Below, piece after piece: positions 17,551 through 25,032 of a DNA stretch of 64,000 bases. Under the pieces are notes generated by a model. The model searched no databases, was not told the origin of the DNA, and worked only from the letters and a program-made list of their open reading frames with translations. Positions within the stretch are counted from its first letter, which is position 1; each line of letters begins with the position of its first letter. Made by a program: the position numbers and the translations under genes. Origin of the DNA: an uncultured Methanosarcina sp. (lineage in GTDB: Archaea > Halobacteriota > Methanosarcinia > Methanosarcinales > Methanosarcinaceae); the NCBI GenBank assembly GCA_965601435.1, contig CBFCWE010000009.1:2467-66466 (forward strand). Reading direction: 5' to 3'.

Positions 17551-18008
17551 GTGCTATTTGCCTTGTTGATACCTCAATCCTAGTCGAAATTCTTAACGTA
17601 CCTAAGAAAGCTGGAAGACATGAAAAGATATTATCTGAACTTAAAACCAAAATTGAAAATGAAGAAACATTGTTTCTTCCGATGGCAACAATCCTTGAAA
17701 CAGGCAATCATATCGCTCAAAACGGGGATGGAAACCAGCGAAGGAGCTGTGCTCAAAGGTTTGTATCTCAGGTACAGAGGGCTCTCAACGGAGAATCGCC
17801 CTTTAAGCCGATCAGTTTTTTAACTGAAAACCAGTTGCAACAATGGCTAAACGAATTCCCGGAATCCGCTATGAGAGGCAGTGGTCTGGGAGATCTTTCG
17901 ATAATCCATGACTTCAATAGAATGTGTGAAAAGAACCAAAGGCGGCGAGTATATATCTGGTCACTTGACGAACATTTATCCTCCCGATGCCAGGAAGAAA
18001 GGATTTGA
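17547..18008 (+). CDS. PIN-like nuclease domain protein (153 aa)
   Basis: ATGA overlap with the ATPase stop. Four acidic residues sit in PIN-typical contexts: D8 (CLVDTSILV), E51 (TILETGNH), D116 (GLGDLSII), D141 (IWSLDEHL). Confidence 0.5.
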   Translation: MSAICLVDTSILVEILNVPKKAGRHEKILSELKTKIENEETLFLPMATILETGNHIAQNGDGNQRRSCAQRFVSQVQRALNGESPFKPISFLTENQLQQWLNEFPESAMRGSGLGDLSIIHDFNRMCEKNQRRRVYIWSLDEHLSSRCQEERI

Positions 18009-18073
18009 AAAAGAACAATTTCCGGACAAGTTCCATGAATATTCTGCTTATTTTCATTCATTTATATTTTTCA

Positions 18074-18122
18074 GGAAAAGCCGGTTGCTTGCGCAACCGG
18101 TGAGTTCCCGGGGTTCGATCTC
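18074..18122 (+). repeat. Intergenic hairpin repeat, copy C (right flank of the ATPase-PIN cassette)
   Basis: GGAAAAGCCGGTTGCTTGCGCAACCGGTGAGTTCCCGGGGTTCGATCTC, with an 8-bp stem CCGGTTGC/GCAACCGG. Confidence 0.7.
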
Positions 18123-18143
18123 TATAAAGACAACTGCTGCACT

Positions 18144-18310
18144 GGGAACTGAAAAGCCAGAAATATTGCATTACGGTACGGGAAATTGAAAAGCTAGAAA
18201 ATTGTATAATGGCGCTGGAAACTGAAAAAAAACAGAAAATCGAATCAAAGGAAAACTGAAAAATTAGAAAAAATTACATTTCCGGTAAAACTGAAAATCC
18301 AAAAAAAAAG
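18144..18310. repeat. Five degenerate A-rich repeats with a ~33-37-bp period
   Basis: The core GGAAAcTGAAAAgccAGAAAAT recurs starting at 18144, 18180, 18217, 18250 and 18284. Confidence 0.7.
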
Positions 18311-18334
18311 AAGTTGAGGGCTTTAATCACCCTC
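18297..18334 (-). terminator. Putative fmd operon terminator (hairpin plus oligo-T on the minus strand)
   Basis: The minus strand reads GAGGGTGATTAAAGCCCTC followed by AACTTCTTTTTTTTT, ~70 nt downstream of the fmdB stop. Confidence 0.5.
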
Positions 18335-18404
18335 ATTTCATAATTCCATCAGTTTATTTCCCACTATCCCCCTACCTGAAAATCCTCGGGAAACAAAAGC
18401 TATC

Positions 18405-19718
18405 TTACACCCTTTCCTTGATCTTGGCAAAGAGCTGCTTCAGGGTGTCTTCGTTGCTCTGCGTGAACTCGAAGGGGGAAGTTGTGAAGGGTTCGAAGTG
18501 CACGGCAACGTCGTCCAGCCTGTAGAAGGTCCCGTCGCATTCCATGGCGTCGATGACTCCGGGGAGTACTACGTCGGATGCTACTGTGGTCGGGCAGGGA
18601 GCGATGTCCAGGCAGACCAGGGGGATTTCGGCAAGGTAGGAGGCACAGTCGGCAGGGATGTGGCAGACAAGGTCGGCACACATAACGAGGGCTGCGTCCA
18701 CGTCCTTTTCCCTGAGGAGGTCTACGGTTGTGAATTCTCCGGGGTTGTAGCGGGGGTGGCCCCTCATGAAGTCAAGCCCGAAGGGGTAGCCGTAGAGGTA
18801 GGAGGCGATCTGGTTGAAACCTGCTACATTGCAGTGGCCGCGGAGAGCACCCAGGGTGAACTTGGTGTAGTTGTTCAGCTCCTTGACCAGGTTCATGGCA
18901 ATTTCGGCGTTCCTGTGCTTGCCTATAGAAGAGGACAGGCCAAGGCCTACGGAAATAGCCCCAAACTTGCAGTTCTTCATCATCTCGAGCATTTCTTTCA
19001 TGGTGGAGATGGGGACCCCGGTGATTTCTTCTACCGAGGGGTGGGGCTCTTTTCCGTGCAGGATTGTAAGAAGCGCGCTTCCCAGTTCGTAATCGGAATT
19101 GGGCTTGAGCTGGATGTGCAGGTCCGAAGCTTCTGCGGTGGGAGTCTTTCTCGGGTCGATGGTTATTATCGTCCGGTCAAAACGCCCGCGCTTTGTCCAG
19201 TAACCTCTGGGGAAAACCCCGTACCTGGACATCTGCCGCGGCATGGACTCAAGCGGGTTGGTCCCCCAGTATACCACAAGATCTGCCCTGTTTTTCTTCT
19301 GCCCTTCCGTTGCCCCGACTTTTCCTGCTTCCTGGATTCCCATGGCCGTTGGCCCGTGGCAGATAGTGGCATTGGAGTCGACAACTGCCCCCAGGTATTC
19401 CCCGATATGGAGCCCTACTTCGTGGGCTTCACAGGAGGTCTCGCTCCCCAGGAAAAGCAGGGGGCGCTTTGCGGAAACCAGGATGTCAGCAGCCTTTTCA
19501 AGGGCAGCGTCCCAGGCTGCGGACTGGGGTTTGCTGTCCCCTTCCTTTTTAATGAGGGGCTCCCTGAGCCTGTGGGAACTTACGACTTCCCTGAACTTGG
19601 CACTTCCCATCCTGCATGCGTTCTTTACTTCAATCGTTCCGTCCCCGAGCTCGACCTGGATATCATCACAGGCTGCCCCGCAGACAGGACATACTATGTT
19701 TTTGGAAACCATATTCAC
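18405..19718 (-). CDS. fmdB: Formylmethanofuran dehydrogenase subunit B (molybdopterin-binding, Cys type)
   Basis: The N-terminal CPVCGAACDD...KNACRMG cluster motif and ALRGHCNVAG active-site region. Last gene of the fmdEFACDB order. Confidence 0.9.
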   Translation of the reverse strand: MNMVSKNIVCPVCGAACDDIQVELGDGTIEVKNACRMGSAKFREVVSSHRLREPLIKKEGDSKPQSAAWDAALEKAADILVSAKRPLLFLGSETSCEAHEVGLHIGEYLGAVVDSNATICHGPTAMGIQEAGKVGATEGQKKNRADLVVYWGTNPLESMPRQMSRYGVFPRGYWTKRGRFDRTIITIDPRKTPTAEASDLHIQLKPNSDYELGSALLTILHGKEPHPSVEEITGVPISTMKEMLEMMKNCKFGAISVGLGLSSSIGKHRNAEIAMNLVKELNNYTKFTLGALRGHCNVAGFNQIASYLYGYPFGLDFMRGHPRYNPGEFTTVDLLREKDVDAALVMCADLVCHIPADCASYLAEIPLVCLDIAPCPTTVASDVVLPGVIDAMECDGTFYRLDDVAVHFEPFTTSPFEFTQSNEDTLKQLFAKIKERV

Positions 19719-20104
19719 AGCCCTCCGACATAAACTTTCAAAACAACGTCTTCGGCGCTCAGGACCTCGTCTTCCGTGAGCTCGATGCTTACGGGAGCAC
19801 CCTTGTACAGGGGAGAGCCCGTGGAAAGGGTATCAGGGTCAATGACCACGTTGGACCAGATGGCCCTTGGCATAAACACATGCCCTTCACGGACCGCATC
19901 CGTACATTTCGTGTTGACTGCAACCGTGTGTTTGCCGTTCCGGCTGGCCACTTTCACCTTTTCGGGAGAACCGAGCGCTTCAAAATCTTCAGGGGAAATC
20001 CAGCAGACCGCACATTCCGCCTGGTATTCAACGGTCAGCTTGTCTCCTCCCTTGGCAAGTTTGCCTTCCTCAATCGTACTTCCGGTAATGAGTAATACTT
20101 CCAT
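19715..20104 (-). CDS. fmdD: Formylmethanofuran dehydrogenase subunit D
   Basis: Start set at the ATG giving MEVLLITGSTIEEGKLAKGG, preceded by GGTGAGAGGA. 130 aa, molybdopterin dinucleotide-binding beta-barrel-like. ATGA-type overlap with fmdB. Confidence 0.85.
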   Translation of the reverse strand: MEVLLITGSTIEEGKLAKGGDKLTVEYQAECAVCWISPEDFEALGSPEKVKVASRNGKHTVAVNTKCTDAVREGHVFMPRAIWSNVVIDPDTLSTGSPLYKGAPVSIELTEDEVLSAEDVVLKVYVGGL

Positions 20105-20114
20105 TCCTCTCACC

Positions 20115-20936
20115 TCAGAGCCCCGGGTTTGCGTCCGCAGCCACATAGAGCACACCTTTTGCCCGCTTGCTGATCGCAAAGTCCCCTGCAAATTTCTTGA
20201 ACTCGCCCGCGTACTCGAAGTCTCCGAAAGCGGGGCTCGTTTCCGACCCGACGTATTCGAAGCCCGGAGAAAAGCGCTCGATCCGGCCTCCGATGAGCAG
20301 GGTGCCCCCACTCATTTCAACCCCGACAGTTCGAAGGGCGCCGCCGCGGACAGCAATAAGCCCTCCGGTCTGGCGAATCCCGCAGAAGCCTTCCACATTT
20401 CCTTCCACGAAGATTTCCCCGCCGTCTATGCCGCCACCGAGCTGGTGCCGCGCAGAGCCATCTATCACTATGCGCCCGCCTTTCATCCCGTGCCAGGAAC
20501 CCCGGTAAGCGCAGCCAACGTGGTCGCCGGCGTTGCCTTTGATGTGTAAAAGCCCGCCTTCCATTTCCATACCTGCCCAGGAATCCACGTCTCCCGAGAC
20601 CAGGATTTCACCTCCTTTCATCCCGGTACCCACATGCATGCCTGCGGAACCTTCGATCTTGATCCTGCCTGCGGTCATGCCTTCCCCGATCTTTTTGACC
20701 CGGGGCACGTCCCCTTTTATGCGGATCAGGGTATCTTCGGCAGTTTCCCCGGCAAAATCCTCTTCATTTCTTTCCACGTCGAAAAACTCGGCAAGGGGAT
20801 AGGTCTTTGGCCCCTGCCAGATTTCCAGCTTTCCGATTTCCTCGGCGCTCTTGCCGGCAAACGCTTCAGGGGTGATGAGCTCTGCCTCAAGTTTGATGTC
20901 AATTTCCTTTTTCGGTATAAGCACTACTTCTGCCAT
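20115..20936 (-). CDS. fmdC: Formylmethanofuran dehydrogenase subunit C
   Basis: 273 aa with repeated G-x-G-rich beta-helix segments (GSAGMHVGTGMKGGEILVSGDV..., GNAGDHVGCAYRG...). Confidence 0.9.
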   Translation of the reverse strand: MAEVVLIPKKEIDIKLEAELITPEAFAGKSAEEIGKLEIWQGPKTYPLAEFFDVERNEEDFAGETAEDTLIRIKGDVPRVKKIGEGMTAGRIKIEGSAGMHVGTGMKGGEILVSGDVDSWAGMEMEGGLLHIKGNAGDHVGCAYRGSWHGMKGGRIVIDGSARHQLGGGIDGGEIFVEGNVEGFCGIRQTGGLIAVRGGALRTVGVEMSGGTLLIGGRIERFSPGFEYVGSETSPAFGDFEYAGEFKKFAGDFAISKRAKGVLYVAADANPGL

Positions 20937-20940
20937 TGCC

Positions 20941-22695
20941 TCACCTCTCTTTGTTTATCTGTATCGGGGTCGGGTTTGCAAGGTACTTTTCAGGAGTCGG
21001 GTAGTTGGCAAAACCAAGGGTGTAGTACCTGAACCACTCCTTCACGTCAACCAGCATCTCTTTTTCCTTTTCATCTTCCACGTGCACCTCGGAATAGTAA
21101 GTCCGCTTTTCGGGCACGGATACGATTTCCCCGTTCTTTGCCACGATTTCTCCCGCCTTGACGGTGTATTCAGCCCGCCTGAAGGTCCGGATGAGTTCCT
21201 CGTAATTATTCGAATCGAGTTTCTGCGGGTTGATATTGTAGACCGTAACGTCCCCGTCCGCCCCGATGCCCAGGGACCCTTTCCTGTGCACCATACCGAT
21301 GGTTCGGGCAGGGTTGGCCCTGGTCAGGATTGCAATATCGTAGAGAGAAAGTTCCCGGTCCACGCCGCCAAGCTCGCTCCTGTCATTGGCCCATTTATGG
21401 CATTCGCCGAAGGTCTGTTTCCTGGAAGCCTCTGACATGAGCCAGGTCATGACTTCGGGATATTTCGTAAACGGCCCGCCGTTCGGACTGTCTGTGGTCA
21501 TGATGGTCTTCCAGGGGTCTTTGATCAGAAGAAGAGTCTCAAGCCCCATTGCCCACTGCAAACTGTGCACAGGGTTGGACTTAAGGTAGGTAAAAGGAAT
21601 AACCCCTGATCCGCATTCCAGCTCAATGTCAGCGTTCGACCATTTGTTGCCTGTAAGGGTGTAGAGGTCGTGGATTGCAGGCCCGTCCCCGGTCATGACA
21701 GTCGCTTCCCCGAAAGGTGTGCAGCCGCTGTCGATAACCACATGGTCTTTATTGTTAATGTAATCCGCAATGTCTTTCACACCGGACTCACAGTCCCCCC
21801 AGCTTGTGCCCGCAAAACTGTTGAACATCAGGTGAGTGAGGTAGACCGAACGGTCCCGGGAAGGGTCCATTTTTGTCTCAGCCCATTCCACATCCATTTT
21901 CTGTTTGGCCTTTACCCCGTCAGGGATTTTCAGGGAATCTTTTGTGATCTCGCAGCAGCCCGGATGCCCGAGGTTGTTGGCGTGCAGGTGCAGGGGCATG
22001 GGCATTCCCAGCATTTCGTTAACTTCTGTCAGGCCCCTGATCATTTCCCTGGGAGTCATTTCGAAATGGATGTTGGCCTGGTCCAGGTTGTTTACGTTTT
22101 CTCCCCAGCCCCAGTTCTCAACCCCCGCAGGGTTGACGCACTTGATCCCGTAGGTCTTGTGGGTTTTCATCATCCAGGCAACATAGGCTGCTGCTCTATC
22201 GATTTCTCCGTCCCTTAAGTAGCGCATCAAAAACCAGTTGTTCCCGAGCACCAGGTAGCTGCCCATGTCAAGCAGGGGAGTGGCACGCATTTCCTCATGG
22301 GTATGCCTGGCTTCAAGCGGGGGAACTGCGGCTTCAAAGACCGTGGTGTAACCCATTGCTGCGTAATCGTAGCCCTGTTTGTAGACCGAAGGGACAGTGT
22401 ATCCCGAACCCGAATGAGTTAGCCCGGTCTTATTAATGTTGGTTTTGTAGTGGTCCTCAGGACGCATCTGCCTTCCGGCATTGACTTTTGCCCCTGCTAC
22501 GTGAGAGTGGGAGTCAACCCCGCCCGCCATGACCGTCATGCCTGTGGCATCGATTACTTTTGCGTCCTGCATTTCGGCAGCGGAAAGTTCCTTTACGACT
22601 TTTCCGTCCCTGATAAAGATGTCCATGACGTCCCCGTTGATCTCGTTCAGGGGGTCTAAGACGTACCCGTTCTTGATGGCAATGGTTCCTGCCAT
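20941..22695 (-). CDS. fmdA: Formylmethanofuran dehydrogenase subunit A (amidohydrolase fold)
   Basis: 584 aa. MAGTIAIKNGYVLDP...GGVDSHSHVAG is typical of FwdA/FmdA. Confidence 0.9.
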   Translation of the reverse strand: MAGTIAIKNGYVLDPLNEINGDVMDIFIRDGKVVKELSAAEMQDAKVIDATGMTVMAGGVDSHSHVAGAKVNAGRQMRPEDHYKTNINKTGLTHSGSGYTVPSVYKQGYDYAAMGYTTVFEAAVPPLEARHTHEEMRATPLLDMGSYLVLGNNWFLMRYLRDGEIDRAAAYVAWMMKTHKTYGIKCVNPAGVENWGWGENVNNLDQANIHFEMTPREMIRGLTEVNEMLGMPMPLHLHANNLGHPGCCEITKDSLKIPDGVKAKQKMDVEWAETKMDPSRDRSVYLTHLMFNSFAGTSWGDCESGVKDIADYINNKDHVVIDSGCTPFGEATVMTGDGPAIHDLYTLTGNKWSNADIELECGSGVIPFTYLKSNPVHSLQWAMGLETLLLIKDPWKTIMTTDSPNGGPFTKYPEVMTWLMSEASRKQTFGECHKWANDRSELGGVDRELSLYDIAILTRANPARTIGMVHRKGSLGIGADGDVTVYNINPQKLDSNNYEELIRTFRRAEYTVKAGEIVAKNGEIVSVPEKRTYYSEVHVEDEKEKEMLVDVKEWFRYYTLGFANYPTPEKYLANPTPIQINKER

Positions 22696-22696
22696 A

Positions 22697-23734
22697 TCAT
22701 TCCACCTCCCTTTTCACAAGCCTGATCGCGTCCACGGGACAGATAAGAGCACATGTGCCGTCTCCTCCGCAGAGTTCCTGGTCCACGACTCCTACCTTTC
22801 CGTCTTTAACCTCAAGGATAGCTTTCTCATCCAGGTTATTCAGGTGCCCTGCAGCAAGTTCCCTGTCCCCAAAGGCATTTACGGGACAGACGATCACGCA
22901 GTTCCCGCAGCCCAGGCAGCTTGCATCGTCGGTTTCCAGACGGGTGCGGAGCAGGACTTCAGGGATCGGGGCCTCAAGCAGCTTTTTCTCAAGGGGACCT
23001 TTTTTCTCCAGTTCCGGCAGGATAGCGGTCTTTCGGACATCAATGGCGTCCACGGGACAGGACACGGCACAAGCCCCACAGTAGATGCAGGCATCAGGCC
23101 GGTGAGTAAGCTTTTCGACCCTTTCCCCGGCATTCCACTCTTTATTGAAAAGAGCATTTGCAGGGCAGACTTCCACACAGGTGTGGCAGGTCTGGCAGGT
23201 GTTCTCGTCCCATTCCCAGCGGCCTTCAAACGGCTTTTCCACGGAAATGGCATCCACAGGACAGACCGCCGCACACCAGCCGCAGTGCACGCAGCTTTCC
23301 GTATCAATGCTGGTCTTTCCAACAAGCTTCAGGCTTCCGTCTTCTGCAGGTTCTTTTGTAACCGTAATGCAGTCTTTCGGGCAGACTTCAGCACAGAGCC
23401 CGCAGTGAACACAGTTTTCGTTCACGGAAGTGGGTTTCAGGGCTCCTGAAAGGTAAGAAGCATCTTTCAGGGACTTTCCTTCCTGCCTCAGTTCCAGGGC
23501 ACCTGTGGGGCAGACCCTGGCGCAGATCCCGCAGACAAGGCAGTCTTCGCCTTTCATTTCAAGAAAATACGCATCCAGCAGACCTCTTGCCACGGCGCCC
23601 ACGGCCCCGATTGCAAGGCTCCCTTTCGGGCAGGCCTGCACACAGGTCCCGCAGCCTATGCATTTATCAGGCAGGTAGACCAGTTGCTTGTCTTTTTTTT
23701 CAGAAAAGACCGACAATTTTCTGTCATCTTGCAT
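22697..23734 (-). CDS. fmdF: Formylmethanofuran dehydrogenase polyferredoxin subunit F (eight [4Fe-4S]-type motifs)
   Basis: Start set at the ATG with GAGGT upstream (MQDDRKLSVF...). Seven C-x2-C-x2-C-x3-CP motifs plus one variant (CGGDGTCALICP). Confidence 0.85.
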   Translation of the reverse strand: MQDDRKLSVFSEKKDKQLVYLPDKCIGCGTCVQACPKGSLAIGAVGAVARGLLDAYFLEMKGEDCLVCGICARVCPTGALELRQEGKSLKDASYLSGALKPTSVNENCVHCGLCAEVCPKDCITVTKEPAEDGSLKLVGKTSIDTESCVHCGWCAAVCPVDAISVEKPFEGRWEWDENTCQTCHTCVEVCPANALFNKEWNAGERVEKLTHRPDACIYCGACAVSCPVDAIDVRKTAILPELEKKGPLEKKLLEAPIPEVLLRTRLETDDASCLGCGNCVIVCPVNAFGDRELAAGHLNNLDEKAILEVKDGKVGVVDQELCGGDGTCALICPVDAIRLVKREVE

Positions 23735-23753
23735 TTTATTTACCTCTAAACCG

Positions 23754-24323
23754 TTATTCTGTGCATTCGCCGCACAGCAGCTCATCATTATACCGAATGA
23801 ACATCTCGCCGCAGTTTTCACAGCGCTGTATCCGTTTTTTCCCCTTAACCGGGACTTCGAGGTCCACAAACTTCCAGGTGTACACCTTTTCCCCGGCAGC
23901 CAGCAAATCAGGCAGAACCTCGGTGTGAGGGAACTTTGCGGTGTTCAGGTACCAGGCGTGAAGGGTAGGGTACTCCTCAGTTTTTTCAGGGTCAAGAATG
24001 ATGCGGACCCCCCTAACAGCATCTACACCATCAGGAACTCGTTTGTTCACGGTTACTGCCATTTTCCCCAGGTCCTTGATTTTCAACCCGTTATTCCCGC
24101 TGGTTGCCCCACCCAGGATCTGGAAAGGGTCAGGTACGCAATTTCGGGTTTCACAGGTCACGTATATACGCTCCCCGTCCCTGACATCGAGCACTTTCCT
24201 TGCAATATTGAGCATCTGGAGGCCGATGAAAGCCCCGGAAGTCAGGTAGCCGTGAAAGGGGACGAGCTTCTCGATCTGGGAAAGCAGTTCAGGGTCCTTT
24301 ATTTGTTCTATAATCGTTTCCAT
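23754..24323 (-). CDS. fmdE: Formylmethanofuran dehydrogenase subunit E
   Basis: METIIEQIKDPELL...FHGYLTSGAFIGLQM, with a C-terminal zinc ribbon CENCGEMF...CGEC. An alternative GTG start lies at 24335. Confidence 0.85.
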   Translation of the reverse strand: METIIEQIKDPELLSQIEKLVPFHGYLTSGAFIGLQMLNIARKVLDVRDGERIYVTCETRNCVPDPFQILGGATSGNNGLKIKDLGKMAVTVNKRVPDGVDAVRGVRIILDPEKTEEYPTLHAWYLNTAKFPHTEVLPDLLAAGEKVYTWKFVDLEVPVKGKKRIQRCENCGEMFIRYNDELLCGECTE

Positions 24324-24415
24324 GGGACGCCTCACAGGATCTAAATCCGTAATTCAAATCTGATGTATTCTTTAGTGGGCACCCTGGCATGTCACACCCA
24401 TTATGCCACATTCAT

Positions 24416-24433
24416 TATGTTAATTCCAACATA
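24416..24433. promoter_or_regulatory. TATGT-N8-ACATA site 1 in the fmd upstream/leader region
   Basis: TATGTtaattccaACATA, part of the 21-nt direct repeat CATTATGTTAATTCCAACATA. Confidence 0.4.
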
Positions 24434-24533
24434 TCAGGAGTCCATGAGGGTGCCCGGTTCGATTGAACAATCACACAAACCTGCCGCCGGCAAAGGAAAG
24501 TCCGGAGCAAGAAATTATATTACAAACAACCAT

Positions 24534-24551
24534 TATGTTAATTTCGACATA
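24534..24551. promoter_or_regulatory. TATGT-N8-ACATA site 2, abutting a TATA-like element on the fmd strand
   Basis: TATGTtaatttcgACATA, the second copy of the 21-nt repeat. The minus-strand TTGTAATATAATTT (about 24511-24527) lies just downstream of it. Confidence 0.4.
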
Positions 24552-24716
24552 ACACAAAAAAATATGCTATGCCACATAGATAATTTTCTGCAATAAACGG
24601 AGTGAACTTTTGTTCACAGCACTAAAGGATTGGAGATCAGGCATTCTACCTGCAGGATTTGTCACAAAGCTTCCAGAAGGCCAGACAACCCCCGAACATC
24701 AAATAAGATGTACCTG

Positions 24717-24738
24717 GATATGTTTCAATAAACATATC
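24717..24738. promoter_or_regulatory. Perfect 9-bp-arm palindrome containing TATGT-N8-ACATA site 3
   Basis: GATATGTTTcaatAAACATATC, with the embedded site at 24719-24736. It lies in the divergent region between fmdE and the methyltransferase gene. Confidence 0.4.
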
Positions 24739-25032
24739 GGCAAAGGCGAAAATCTCCATTAAACTTTGAGAATAATATAAACGTATCAATTATAAAATTA
24801 TCGATAGAAAATTGATTCCGGATAAAAACAGAAAAATAAAACATTCAATTTTAAGTCTGGCCAATCAAACTGAAAATAGCCCAATTAAGTAAGAAAAAAA
24901 ATTGACATATGGGATATTTAATAAACTATATTGAGCATATACTTTGATAAAATGTTAATTAAATAAAATTAAATCACATTAGTTGTTACAAAATAGAAAA
25001 TTATTAATCAAAAGATCTGCATCTCATCTTTA

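Noticed and set aside
18104-18122. The T-arm-like string CCCGGGGTTCGATCTC inside hairpin-repeat copy C suggested a tRNA fragment or integration-site remnant.
   Set aside because: No complementary T-stem, acceptor or anticodon arm can be folded around it. The other three copies lack the TTCGA string.
18144-18310. Considered whether the ~36-bp periodic repeats could be a degenerate mini-CRISPR array.
   Set aside because: The repeat core (~22 nt) is degenerate and A-rich. The inter-repeat segments are only ~12-15 nt and similar in composition. There is no palindromic repeat structure and no cas genes.
18405-19718. Checked fmdB for an in-frame TGA (selenocysteine) or TAG (pyrrolysine) recoding event.
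   Set aside because: The ORF is uninterrupted, and the active-site position carries Cys (ALRGHCNVAG).
18498-19733. A 411-aa ORF on the plus strand antisense to fmdB. Similar long antisense or alternative-frame ORFs occur at 12668-13531, 19776-20549, 22529-23449, 28364-28822 and 54784-55578.
   Set aside because: The opposite-strand products have unambiguous family identity (FmdB, ModC, FmdC/D, FmdA/F, Mtr subunits). The shadow ORFs have low-complexity, Pro/Arg/Gly/Ser-rich translations, typical of GC-rich, strongly codon-biased genes. No start or Shine-Dalgarno support.
24363-24596. A 77-aa ORF in the fmd upstream region.
   Set aside because: It has no recognisable family and an odd composition. 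It spans the repeated TATGT-N8-ACATA sites, so the region is more plausibly regulatory or leader DNA.
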